Made by a program: the position numbers and the translations under genes. From positions 140,191 to 204,190 of IMG/VR virus record IMGVR_UViG_3300049215_000529: DNA of 64,000 nucleotides; one strand, 5' to 3'. This document shows, piece by piece, positions 28,865 to 38,308 of the stretch. Every line of letters begins with the position of its first letter. Positions within the stretch are counted from its first letter, which is position 1. Below the pieces are notes generated by a model. That model worked only from the letters and a program-made list of their open reading frames with translations, did no database searches and was not told where the DNA came from.

Positions 28865-29779
28865 TTACCCTCTTGGAAAGAATGAAGAATCAGATCTGTT
28901 GAATAATTGACTGTCTAAAGCAATAAGCTTATCGAAGTCTTCTACCGCATAGAAAGCAGGATCAATGGCTTTCATGCCATATTTTGCGCCAAATAAGGCG
29001 CCGACAATAGCGGCAGTCGTGTCAGTATCTCCACCAGCCTTGATAGCAGTTACCACTGCATCATAGTAGTTATCAAACTTCAAGAAGCAATATAGTGCTG
29101 CTGGAACTGTTTCTTGAACGTTAGCCTTGGTACCAAGTACCTTGAGAGCTTGCCGTGGGCTAATGTGGTCAGAGCTAATCAAAGCATCTAAACTATAGAC
29201 AGTATTCTTTACCTTACTATCTGGCAAGTGAGCCCAAATCTTTTCTAACAAATTGTCAGAATCATCATTGACAGCGTAATAAGCTGCCACTGCAATAGCA
29301 ATCGAACCAGCCTCAGCATCTGGTGATACGTGGGTGATAGCACTATCAACTTTACAGATATCGACTAATGATTTGAGGTCATTGCGGAAATAGACTCCAA
29401 ATGGTGCGGAGCGCATAGCGGTACCATTGCCAAGAGAGCCAACAATACCAGATTCACTCCAATGTTTGCCAGAAGTCAAATTCTGAATTGCCATCAAGGT
29501 AGTTTTGCCCCAACCTCTAGCTCGACCAGAAGTCATCCAATCTACGTACCTAGCAGACAAATCGTCTGGATTGAAACCACGATTCTCAATTAGAGATTCG
29601 GCAACCATCAAACTCATTTGAGTATCATCTGAGTATTGTCCTGGTTGTAGCTTATGGTGTTCACTACCCAAGAAACTTTTGCCATCCCATTCCAATAAGG
29701 CTGGGTTGTTTATTAGCTTAGTTTCAAACGGAACGCCAAGTGCATCTGCAACAGCTGTTCCTAATAGTACGTTACTCAT
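28865..29779 (-). CDS. ADP-ribosylglycohydrolase (ARH/DraG family), copy 1
   Basis: AVADALG, YSDDT, GNGTAMR, TH and GGDTDT motifs. Confidence 0.95.
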   Translation of the reverse strand: MSNVLLGTAVADALGVPFETKLINNPALLEWDGKSFLGSEHHKLQPGQYSDDTQMSLMVAESLIENRGFNPDDLSARYVDWMTSGRARGWGKTTLMAIQNLTSGKHWSESGIVGSLGNGTAMRSAPFGVYFRNDLKSLVDICKVDSAITHVSPDAEAGSIAIAVAAYYAVNDDSDNLLEKIWAHLPDSKVKNTVYSLDALISSDHISPRQALKVLGTKANVQETVPAALYCFLKFDNYYDAVVTAIKAGGDTDTTAAIVGALFGAKYGMKAIDPAFYAVEDFDKLIALDSQLFNRSDSSFFPRG

Positions 29780-30341
29780 GTATTATTCCTTCTAATAGCA
29801 TTGCCAACACATATGCATGTCCCACTTTTAGATTTGGATTGTTAACTAGTTCCCAGTAATCAAACGTACCAGGTTCCAAATTATGCGCATCAAAATCTAA
29901 AAGAAATACTTTTTCGTTAGCTTTAGCTAGATCTTTTAATTTTTCAAAAGCAAACGTTCGCTGTACTGCACGAGCATATAGCGGGATGTATATTTTCTTT
30001 CTTGCTTCTACATAAGAAAATTTTTCACCGTCCCAATAAGAATACAAAGGTTTTGCTTCTTTGCCCATTGGATAACGATCGGCTCTGATTTTGTTCCAAC
30101 CGCTCTATGCCCAATCGAAATATCTTTTGCCCACAGTTCCATTATCTTCTAGATAATATTCATAGACCTTGCTATATTGCCAAGCATTTTCCATATTTTG
30201 GGAAACATAACCATTATACAACTCACATGGTCCACAAAAGAATGGGCTTAAGGACTGGCTCCAATCTTTTGATCGAGAAGTTGCATTGACCACCAAATCA
30301 CCAGGTTGGGACTTGTAGTGGTAGTTGATGACTTTAATCAT
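29772..30341 (-). CDS. Divergent NADAR-like protein interrupted by one in-frame TAG (30105-30107)
   Basis: Track ORFs 30105..30365 and 29772..30068 are in the same frame and join as YFDWA*SGWNKIRADRYPMGK; ENAWQYSK motif. Confidence 0.7.
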
Positions 30342-30463
30342 AAATATCCTTCCAAAATCATACACAAAGCAAATGCTTGTCCTACTGGGCGGTCAGGATC
30401 ATTAACCACCTGATCCCAGGATTTCTCTAGGTAACGATGATTATATCCTTCAAAATCGATCAA
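30338..30463 (-). pseudogene. C-terminal remnant of a paralog of the NADAR-like gene
   Basis: LIDFEGYNHRYLEKSWDQVVNDPDRPVGQAFALCMILEGYL* aligns with LLDFDAHN...LVNNPNLKVGHAYVLAMLLEG; ATGA overlap with 30341. Confidence 0.65.
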
Positions 30464-30508
30464 GTAACACAAGTATGTTTGTATGTCCAATTGCTAATAT
30501 CTTGTTTT

Positions 30509-31909
30509 TTAAGCACCTTCATGACGAACTCTCTTTCTAATTTCTTCGAAATTATCGTCCACCAAAATCTCACCATTCTCATATACCGTCTTCATAACAG
30601 TGCGTTTATGAGAAACCTCATCTTCAAACAAAGGAACGGTTTCATAACCGCCGCGTTCATTGAAGCACAAATCCAAACGTCCTGCTTTGCTTGCCTTGCC
30701 CTTGTCAGTCACTGGATCTTTGAATACATCCACCGATTTGTCTCCGATGAAAATATGGCTGCACTTCATAGCAAATTTTTCAGTATCACGGTTGAGTTGT
30801 TGTAGCAAAGCGCCACCCATACCAAAAGCAATGTTCGTGGCACTGTAACCATTGTCCATCAAAGTGTCTAGGATCAGCTGGATAGACCTTTCATTGATGC
30901 CGTCGCCCTGAATGATACGGACATTTTTCAAGACCTTATAGCCCCTCTTGTTAATGGTCGTTCCAAACTTTTCTTCCAATAGTTTAACGGTCTTTAGCAC
31001 TACCGTAGGAGGATGACCAGAGTCGGGGCGAATGATGACCACTGCACCAGAATCAATCACTTCCTGCTTCAACTGATCACCCCACAAGTGAGAACAAGCA
31101 TTCCACAAGTCGTAAGAGTCCGATACACAGGCAACCAAGGCGCCCGGCTTAGCGAATTGCTTTAGCATATTACGATATGCTTCAACTTCATTTTCTTTGC
31201 CCCAAGAAGTAATGGAGCTATGTTCTGCTGCCGGAATGCTGAATCCAGCCATTGGAATATTGTAGTACTCATTGGCACATAACACTCCCACAACCGTATC
31301 ACTTCCCATAAAATTGACCAAGTGGGCTGCGCCACCAATCATAGCAGACTCTTGGCTACTAACTCCACGCGAGCCAAAGTCATGAAGCTTAAAGCTGATT
31401 TCTGCTTGCGGATCATCCGAAGATGCTTGCAATGCACGCAAAATAATACCACGAATTGTACGACTGCGGCTAGCTACCGTGATAGGATACCAAACCCTAA
31501 GCAACATGGTTTCAATCCAAGAAACAATCCAAAACACTTTCGGATCAGTAGATTCAATACTGACAAGAATATTATGGGTTGGAACCACAGTTCCTTCTGG
31601 TACGGCGCGAATACGAATGGGGAGCTTGCCTTTCAAATCTTTGGCAATGTACATCCAGCCGTCATAGTTGAATGGCTCGCCATGTGCCGCAAAGAGTACC
31701 TTGGCTTTCTCAACCTCTTCTACTGTAACTCGATGAGTCAAATATTCCTTCAAGTAGTATTGCAATCCAAAGAAAACAGTTTCACTGTATTCTCCGCCTC
31801 GGCTTTCGATGTAGGAGAACATACTTGTGGTACCAGGAGGATACTGCAAGTAGTGGGAAACTTTGTAGCTGTCTGTATCAAACAAGTAACTAAAACGATT
31901 GGTTTTCAT
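30509..31909 (-). CDS. nadV: Nicotinamide phosphoribosyltransferase (NAMPT)
   Basis: DTDSYK, HDFGSRG, PAAEHS, VSDSYD and IRPDSG motifs. Confidence 0.96.
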   Translation of the reverse strand: MKTNRFSYLFDTDSYKVSHYLQYPPGTTSMFSYIESRGGEYSETVFFGLQYYLKEYLTHRVTVEEVEKAKVLFAAHGEPFNYDGWMYIAKDLKGKLPIRIRAVPEGTVVPTHNILVSIESTDPKVFWIVSWIETMLLRVWYPITVASRSRTIRGIILRALQASSDDPQAEISFKLHDFGSRGVSSQESAMIGGAAHLVNFMGSDTVVGVLCANEYYNIPMAGFSIPAAEHSSITSWGKENEVEAYRNMLKQFAKPGALVACVSDSYDLWNACSHLWGDQLKQEVIDSGAVVIIRPDSGHPPTVVLKTVKLLEEKFGTTINKRGYKVLKNVRIIQGDGINERSIQLILDTLMDNGYSATNIAFGMGGALLQQLNRDTEKFAMKCSHIFIGDKSVDVFKDPVTDKGKASKAGRLDLCFNERGGYETVPLFEDEVSHKRTVMKTVYENGEILVDDNFEEIRKRVRHEGA

Positions 31910-31956
31910 TATACTCTCCGTATGTTTGCCATTCGTTCTCTCAGTGAGAACTTGGC

Positions 31957-32970
31957 TCAGAACTTGGAAACAAAATACTTTATTATATGGTAGTGGTCCT
32001 CGAAAAATTCATTCTCCATCGAATGAAATTCGCCCAAAGGTAACCAAAACGCTCTCTCTGCATCGTCAGCTCCTTTTACTTGAGGGAGTGGACCTATCCC
32101 CAAATCAATTAGGTATGCATTAGTAATAGTACGACCGCGAGCAGAACGCAAGGGGTCATCAAATACTTTAAAGTCGGCTATCGATTTTTTTAAATCTGGA
32201 GTATTAATTTTGATACCGGTTTCCTCTTTTAATTCTCTGAGGGCGGCGTCTTGCAATTTCTCTTTTTGATTGACGAAACCACCAGGCAGAGCCAGCAAAC
32301 CCTTACCAGGATTAGACCTTCTAGTCACAATCAATACGTGACCAGACTTCACAACTATTGTATCAACAGTTACAAATATGGGTGGAAATGGGGCTCCTCG
32401 CCATTGTTCTTTGTAATTGTCTATAAAATACTTTTCTTGCTTTATGTTCACGAATTCTTTGGTTTGCTTAAAATTTTCTAAATATTCAGCAACACCATTT
32501 GGTACCATTGTTTTGTAAGATGCGTTATGTGAAAAATATAAATCTCTAACTTGGGTGGCATGAAAATTATATTCTGTCCCGCATTGAATATATTTATATT
32601 GGGGAAAAAGTTTCAAATAATATGATGATTCATCACTTTCGTATCCTATTAGGGATACTTTTTCGGAATAATCCGTGGCTTCACTCACTTTTTGTTGAAG
32701 TGTTGATATCCACAAATTATCATTGTAAGTATAATCCTTCATTGAAATAAATATCACTCTATCTTTTTCTTCCGAAGAGAGACACCGCCTAATCATTTCT
32801 TGACGCTCATCGCCAGACCACGGATTTCTTATGGTGCGGGGCGAACCACAACTTCCCACCACCACAATCACCTTTTCTGCTATGGTAAGAGCTTTGTCCA
32901 AAATAAATTTGTGAGCTTTCTGAAGGGGAGAAAAACGCCCAATGAATACACAAAAATCAAATTTTTCCAT
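31957..32970 (-). CDS. Bifunctional NMN adenylyltransferase / ADP-ribose pyrophosphatase (NadM-Nudix)
   Basis: IGRFSPLQKAH and HAT motifs; Nudix box GGFVNQKEKLQDAALRELKEETG; start MEKFDF with GAGGT SD. Confidence 0.93.
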   Translation of the reverse strand: MEKFDFCVFIGRFSPLQKAHKFILDKALTIAEKVIVVVGSCGSPRTIRNPWSGDERQEMIRRCLSSEEKDRVIFISMKDYTYNDNLWISTLQQKVSEATDYSEKVSLIGYESDESSYYLKLFPQYKYIQCGTEYNFHATQVRDLYFSHNASYKTMVPNGVAEYLENFKQTKEFVNIKQEKYFIDNYKEQWRGAPFPPIFVTVDTIVVKSGHVLIVTRRSNPGKGLLALPGGFVNQKEKLQDAALRELKEETGIKINTPDLKKSIADFKVFDDPLRSARGRTITNAYLIDLGIGPLPQVKGADDAERAFWLPLGEFHSMENEFFEDHYHIIKYFVSKF

Positions 32971-33025
32971 ATTAACCTCGCTCTTCTTTAGAGCATGCAT
33001 TCGTCCTCTCAATGAGAACTTGCAT

Positions 33026-33790
33026 TCAAACATATATCACGATATTAGTAGCACAATTGGTTTGAAATTTAATAAGTTGGTCTATCCATTTTACCCACGC
33101 CGAATATGACATATCTAATTTGGCACGATTACAGACCCAGCAACAAGTTACACAATTCTGTATGGTATAATCGCTATTGCTATCCAACCTATCTATGCCA
33201 TTATAATTAAATATGATTGTGTTATCGGTTCTTTTAATAACTACAGTTTTATTGGGAGATACGCCACAATAATGGCAATCTTTAGATATTAGAGATGAGA
33301 ATTCATCATACGATAATTTCCACTCAATATTTCTGCGCTTAGCATTTCTTTTATATGAATTCAAAATTCTTTTGGTTGCTCTATCATCTTCTGATAATAA
33401 ACCAATTGTTGAGTTTTTATTTTGAGCACGCTTGCATCCGCAACTTTTTGATGCACCAGCGATTAAGTTTTTCGAAGGAATATAACAAATTGTTCCACAA
33501 ATACATTTGCATTCCCATATAATTGAGCCATTATTCGATCTTTCATCAGTGATTTTCAATACTGACAAAAATCCAAATCTCATTCCCAAAAGACATGAAT
33601 AATCTGCAAAACATACTCTTTTTCCACAAGAGCGGGAGCGACCTGTTACCAAGTCGGCTGTTCTAATTGATTTTTCAAAACCACAAATACATCTAACTAA
33701 GGTGCGAGATTTTGGCTTATTTATTTCGATTACTGTCCAAGAACCAAATTGATCATTACAAAAAACATGATATTTAGATTTTAAAGGCAT
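33026..33790 (-). CDS. HNH-like homing endonuclease
   Basis: Repeated CICG/RSCG units; CHYCG...GIDRLDS...CCWVCNRAK. Confidence 0.85.
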   Translation of the reverse strand: MPLKSKYHVFCNDQFGSWTVIEINKPKSRTLVRCICGFEKSIRTADLVTGRSRSCGKRVCFADYSCLLGMRFGFLSVLKITDERSNNGSIIWECKCICGTICYIPSKNLIAGASKSCGCKRAQNKNSTIGLLSEDDRATKRILNSYKRNAKRRNIEWKLSYDEFSSLISKDCHYCGVSPNKTVVIKRTDNTIIFNYNGIDRLDSNSDYTIQNCVTCCWVCNRAKLDMSYSAWVKWIDQLIKFQTNCATNIVIYV

Positions 33791-33811
33791 AACTATTCCG
33801 ATAGAAGTTAC

Positions 33812-33853
33812 CTCCTCACCGGAGCATAAGTTTTTGTATTTCCTCTCTGGAAA
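33812..33853. promoter_or_regulatory. Pair of dyad motifs NNCC-TCWCY-GGNN
   Basis: CTCC-TCACC-GGAG (33812-33824) and TTTCC-TCTCT-GGAAA (33839-33853). Confidence 0.5.
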
Positions 33854-33862
33854 CTTTATAGA

Positions 33863-33892
33863 TTTTGATGAAAGAACTAACCTTCATCAAAA
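33863..33892. terminator. Inverted repeat, possible terminator
   Basis: TTTTGATGAA...TTCATCAAAA, 10-bp arms just after the stop at 33901. Confidence 0.45.
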
Positions 33893-33900
33893 TTGACTAA

Positions 33901-34227
33901 TTAATTGGGTTTTGACTCTGGTGGAGTTTGTGGATTGGAGACATCATCTACATGATTTCCGTCCTCATCCATATGAGCCCCACAATCCTTGCAGGTATGT
34001 GGTCTCTTATCCCATTCGTCCCAAAACTCATTCTCTGTCCACCCAACAGAAACCAAAAATAATTTCCAGAAAGATATAAACCTGACATCAAACTCATCAG
34101 GTGACTCATTGGGATGGAAAGTATCATGTAGTACATCAAAAAACGCGTCTATGCGCTCAAAATCCATTCTTTCGATGATAGTTAACCCGGTTGATTGTTC
34201 GTCCAATACAATATTTGCTTTTTTCAT
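33901..34227 (-). CDS. Hypothetical protein
   Basis: 108-aa ORF with GGAG SD and a CKDC motif. Confidence 0.7.
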   Translation of the reverse strand: MKKANIVLDEQSTGLTIIERMDFERIDAFFDVLHDTFHPNESPDEFDVRFISFWKLFLVSVGWTENEFWDEWDKRPHTCKDCGAHMDEDGNHVDDVSNPQTPPESKPN

Positions 34228-34258
34228 AGTATACTCCTATAATTTCGGTCTGTTAAAC

Positions 34259-34305
34259 CTCCTCACCGGAGAACTATGTGAAAAATTAAAATCCCTCACT
34301 GGGAT
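34259..34305. promoter_or_regulatory. Second pair of dyad motifs NNCC-TCWCY-GGNN
   Basis: CTCC-TCACC-GGAG (34259-34271) and ATCCC-TCACT-GGGAT (34291-34305). Confidence 0.5.
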
Positions 34306-34441
34306 ATAAATAATGATTCACTCAAATTGAAATATAACCATGCACTGCGTGATGTCAAACCAACCGTTATTTTTAAATAAAACGAGCAGCCTTGGACCAT
34401 TCCAGACTGCCCGCTTCACTTTGAACGTCATGTCGCGTTGC

Positions 34442-35404
34442 TCAAATCCTACTGTACATTGGTTCAGCCTGCTCTCGTGGGAAAGCTCGACTAAAAGAAC
34501 CAATTCTTGGAGTATTACCCAAGCTCATAATGTGTTGTTTCTTGTCGCCAGGAAAACCGGAAGCATGAGGGGCTGGAACATTGCGTTCCTTCAACTTGGC
34601 AACCAAATCGTCCCACCACATGTAACGGACTCTAACAGTTTCAGATAGAGTTGGCTTAATCAAACCTGTTACATAAGTAATCTTTTGATCAACATGTTCT
34701 CCTGCACCAACTGCAGCTAAACTCTCTAGTTCTTTAGGAGGAGAAGCATCGCATGTATAAATTCCACTAGCATCACCAATATTTATACTATTGGAAACAA
34801 CTGAATCAAAAGATTGACTGTTTCTTAATACATTGGAAGAATTGAAAGTTGCATTGCCTGAACCAAGTCCACCAGTATTGCCGCCGATGGTATTGTACCA
34901 AATGACAGGATAATAAAATGGATTACTATAATGCTTAGGATAGTGATGATGGTGATGCTCTTCAGTAACAATAACAGGAGGGCTCAATCTAACTGGTTCC
35001 ACATGACCTTCTGTAAAAACGGCTGCAGCGATAATTCCTCTGCTAGATAGATCGCCATGAGTATGAACGGCTACACTATTGTTCGCACTAGTAAATATTA
35101 ATTGCGCACCGCCATTACTGGTTTCTGGCCAAGCTTTTATATTTAAGGTGCCATATCCATTTACAACCCACATATCATCGGAGACTTTTGTATCAGCCTT
35201 ATCTCCAGTAAGAATGTCAGTTCCATCAATAGATAATTTTACTTGAACTTTCTGCCAAGAATGATTTTTGAATACAATTTCAAATGGTTCATCTCCCCAA
35301 GCTCCAACAGTATTGATGCCATCTACGTAATATTGACGGAGGCTCTTCTTATCGAACTTTGGGTGGTGTGAAATGATTTCTAGTGTGTAATTTGGGTTAG
35401 ACAT
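34442..35404 (-). CDS. Hypothetical protein with beta-sandwich-like N-terminus and His/Gly/Ser-rich linker
   Basis: 320-aa ORF with strong GGAG SD. Confidence 0.7.
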   Translation of the reverse strand: MSNPNYTLEIISHHPKFDKKSLRQYYVDGINTVGAWGDEPFEIVFKNHSWQKVQVKLSIDGTDILTGDKADTKVSDDMWVVNGYGTLNIKAWPETSNGGAQLIFTSANNSVAVHTHGDLSSRGIIAAAVFTEGHVEPVRLSPPVIVTEEHHHHHYPKHYSNPFYYPVIWYNTIGGNTGGLGSGNATFNSSNVLRNSQSFDSVVSNSINIGDASGIYTCDASPPKELESLAAVGAGEHVDQKITYVTGLIKPTLSETVRVRYMWWDDLVAKLKERNVPAPHASGFPGDKKQHIMSLGNTPRIGSFSRAFPREQAEPMYSRI

Positions 35405-35487
35405 AATATCTCCTGTGTTAGTTAACCTTCAACACCGTATATATCATATCTTTCATAGAAATTATCACTTTTTATCATTAATTTCAG

Positions 35488-36780
35488 TTAGCAACCCATT
35501 TCGAACAATAAAATGTAACGTGAAGCGATATTTTCCCAAGTATTTTCATTTAGGTAATCAATTTGTTTCTTAACTTGAGCTTCACGAGCGGCAGGGTTAG
35601 TAAACAGTTGTTCTAGTGCTTTAGCAATATCTTCAGAGGTATCAGCCTTAATCGTGGGCAAATCTGAGAAGTGATTGACTGAAGATGTAACTACAGGCAA
35701 TGCCTTTGACATTGCAATTCTTGCTGCGCCGGATGCGCCATATACTTCATGGGCAGGATGAGATACATAAGGAAATAAAGTTGCCTGATTCGTTCTCATA
35801 TAGCTATCTAAAGTTTCATCTGACTGAAAACCACGAATCAGCGCCACATTTTCTTGGATATCAAGCTGTTCTATTAGGTCAGTTAGCTCATGGTAATAAA
35901 CATCATGCTCTGTCTTGCTTTGTGCTGACTCGGAAAATAATCCAGTGAAGAAGACATCTGGAAACTTTTTCTTAAGTTCTGCAGTCGCCCGAATTGAATT
36001 TTCCCATCCTTTATATCTAAATCCAAATCCAAACTGCATAAAAGTTCGCTCTGACTTATACATGTTCCAAAGTCGTTCTTTGCTAGTACAAGGGAAACAA
36101 CCATGAGGTATTACATATACTTTGCCAGGAACTTTCTTTTCATTCTTTAAAACTTCATAACCGCCCTGTAAGTGCACCACGATCTCTGGTATAGCAGCTT
36201 CACAAATCGTTTTGTCTTTGTGATGAAAGACTGAGTGCATAGTAACGATGACCCTATAATCTGATAGCTGACTCATCAAAGATAGCCAATGGCGAGCATC
36301 AGGAAATAATCCAAACTCATGCTGAATCCACACGATATCCGGATCATATTCCTTAATAGCTTTAGCCAAATCAGATGTTGGTTGTCCGCGCTTCCAGCAA
36401 ACTTTAACTTTGTCATCTGGAATTATTTGCCCACCAATCTCATTTAGATTTCCAATAACCGAATTATCTTCGATGAATAATTTAAAATCTCCCACATGCT
36501 TTACGACTTCTGGCCATAAATTTTGGGAGTAAGTGGCAATTCCACATTGCATTTTCCAATTTCCAACCAAAGCCACTTTCAAATCTTTAGCTGACTTTTT
36601 GATATGCTTGTATTTAATTTTGCCGTTGCAAACGACGCAAGAAGTAATGAGTTCTGTAGGTGAGACATGTGAAAGCTCGGGCGGGATTTCAATTATCTCC
36701 AAGCCCTCATTGCTAAAACTTTTGTCTGACACCACACATATGCGGTTGTGCCTAACTCCAACAAATCTCGCCATATCCAC
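35488..36780 (-). CDS. GT4-family (GT-B) glycosyltransferase
   Basis: CGIATY, IQHEFG, FGFGFRYKG and LFPY...SGAARIAM motifs. Confidence 0.88.
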   Translation of the reverse strand: MDMARFVGVRHNRICVVSDKSFSNEGLEIIEIPPELSHVSPTELITSCVVCNGKIKYKHIKKSAKDLKVALVGNWKMQCGIATYSQNLWPEVVKHVGDFKLFIEDNSVIGNLNEIGGQIIPDDKVKVCWKRGQPTSDLAKAIKEYDPDIVWIQHEFGLFPDARHWLSLMSQLSDYRVIVTMHSVFHHKDKTICEAAIPEIVVHLQGGYEVLKNEKKVPGKVYVIPHGCFPCTSKERLWNMYKSERTFMQFGFGFRYKGWENSIRATAELKKKFPDVFFTGLFSESAQSKTEHDVYYHELTDLIEQLDIQENVALIRGFQSDETLDSYMRTNQATLFPYVSHPAHEVYGASGAARIAMSKALPVVTSSVNHFSDLPTIKADTSEDIAKALEQLFTNPAAREAQVKKQIDYLNENTWENIASRYILLFEMGC

Positions 36781-36786
36781 CAGCCA

Positions 36787-37752
36787 TTAGGTAAGACTTA
36801 ACACATCTTTACTTAATGCCTCAAATATAGTGGATTCTGTTGGAAAACTATTTTGAAATTTCATTTTCATTGATTGCTCGAAAGAGTCAATCAATTTTCT
36901 CTTGGAACTATTATAGTAGTTTATGAAAACTCCATCGTTTGGCTGTACAAACCTGAGCTTATCATGATGGTGAATAGCTAGGTATGGAGTTCTGGTCATT
37001 TCAGATAGTATGATACCGTGAAATCTTTGTGTAATAACTGTTTCATATTTGGAAACAAGAGCGGTGACTGACCTGATACCTACTGGTAAACCATTTAAGA
37101 TAAAGGTCTTGTCGCCCTTATCCATTGAACTAAGAAGCTCAGCTATTGCCCAATCATCATTATCTTTGTTACCTTGACACATAGACAAAAAGTTAATGCG
37201 ATAACCTTCAGTAACAAGATAATCTAAAAACTGACTAAATTCCGACTTGAAGTAGGTCCAAGCCGCATGTTTCCAGTGCGGTTCAGAATTTTTCGGTACC
37301 ACAGCAATATTAGGCATTATCAAAACTGATTTATTAAATTTTGACAATTTAACCACTTTGGATTGAAGGGAATAAACTAAATCAGGAATCCATCTAGTAT
37401 TAGGATTTATTTCCTTTAACCTATCAACTTGATCAGGAGAACGTGTAGCTATTAGTTTTGCCGCCCTCATTAGGTCAAGATGAGTTGGATGAATGTCAAT
37501 CTCGACACCAACACCAATGTAAAATATTTTTTTAGATTTCAATAGCTGCAATACTTCGGCAGGAATATTTGGCGGGCTGTAAAGAAAAGAGCCGCCTCCA
37601 AAGAAGACGGCATCAATATTTTCTAATTTTTTAGTAGTAATGGCGTCACAAAAAACAAACTGACAGTTGGGAAATAGTTGTTGAAATGCTTCAACAAACA
37701 AATCATCACCAATGTTTGATTGGTTATACCAACCATATACTAAAACTTTCAT
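36787..37752 (-). CDS. Polysaccharide pyruvyl transferase family protein
   Basis: GWYNQSNIGDD, GGGS, IATRS, PDLV and RFHG motifs. Confidence 0.85.
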   Translation of the reverse strand: MKVLVYGWYNQSNIGDDLFVEAFQQLFPNCQFVFCDAITTKKLENIDAVFFGGGSFLYSPPNIPAEVLQLLKSKKIFYIGVGVEIDIHPTHLDLMRAAKLIATRSPDQVDRLKEINPNTRWIPDLVYSLQSKVVKLSKFNKSVLIMPNIAVVPKNSEPHWKHAAWTYFKSEFSQFLDYLVTEGYRINFLSMCQGNKDNDDWAIAELLSSMDKGDKTFILNGLPVGIRSVTALVSKYETVITQRFHGIILSEMTRTPYLAIHHHDKLRFVQPNDGVFINYYNSSKRKLIDSFEQSMKMKFQNSFPTESTIFEALSKDVLSLT

Positions 37753-37757
37753 TTAAC

Positions 37758-38036
37758 TTAATAGATTACAAACCAGTCAATCTCTCTCACACCAAATACT
37801 TCCCATTCTATATATAAGAAGAATTGGCGATCATGATGGTGATGAATAACTTTTCTGTGTTCATGTTGGTCTTCATCCACATGAATAATTTCCCAATCTA
37901 AATGATCGTGGTGATGTGGATTGCAAGGATGAGGTTCTTTTTCATGTCTGAAACGAACACTTACCTCTCTTGGTCTGCCAGATAGGAGAATTCTTGTTGA
38001 ATTTTCTCCAGTTACAGTTAAAGCGCCTGAATGCAT
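37758..38036 (-). CDS. Small His-rich hypothetical protein (tandem paralog A)
   Basis: Shares SGxLxVTG, CNP and WxVxGVREIxW with the next ORF. Confidence 0.7.
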   Translation of the reverse strand: MHSGALTVTGENSTRILLSGRPREVSVRFRHEKEPHPCNPHHHDHLDWEIIHVDEDQHEHRKVIHHHHDRQFFLYIEWEVFGVREIDWFVIY

Positions 38037-38048
38037 GTGCTTATCCTT

Positions 38049-38282
38049 TTAGTAGGCAACATGCCATTTAACTTCACGAACACCAGTTACATTCCAAGTA
38101 ACAACTAAGACTACACCAGTTGCAGTGGTTTGTACCTCATATTCCAAAGTGTCTACATGCTGAGGGTTGCAGGGTACCAGCTCAAGGTCATTTATGAATT
38201 TAACTTTGACTTCTCCTGGGAAGTTGCGCAATTGAATTATTGCTTCACCTGCGCCTGTCACAATTAGTTCACCTGATTGCAT
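38049..38282 (-). CDS. Small hypothetical protein (tandem paralog B)
   Basis: MQSGELIVTG...CNPQH...WNVTGVREVKW. Confidence 0.7.
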   Translation of the reverse strand: MQSGELIVTGAGEAIIQLRNFPGEVKVKFINDLELVPCNPQHVDTLEYEVQTTATGVVLVVTWNVTGVREVKWHVAY

Positions 38283-38308
38283 AGTATCTCCTATGCCCTA
38301 ATGTCTAA

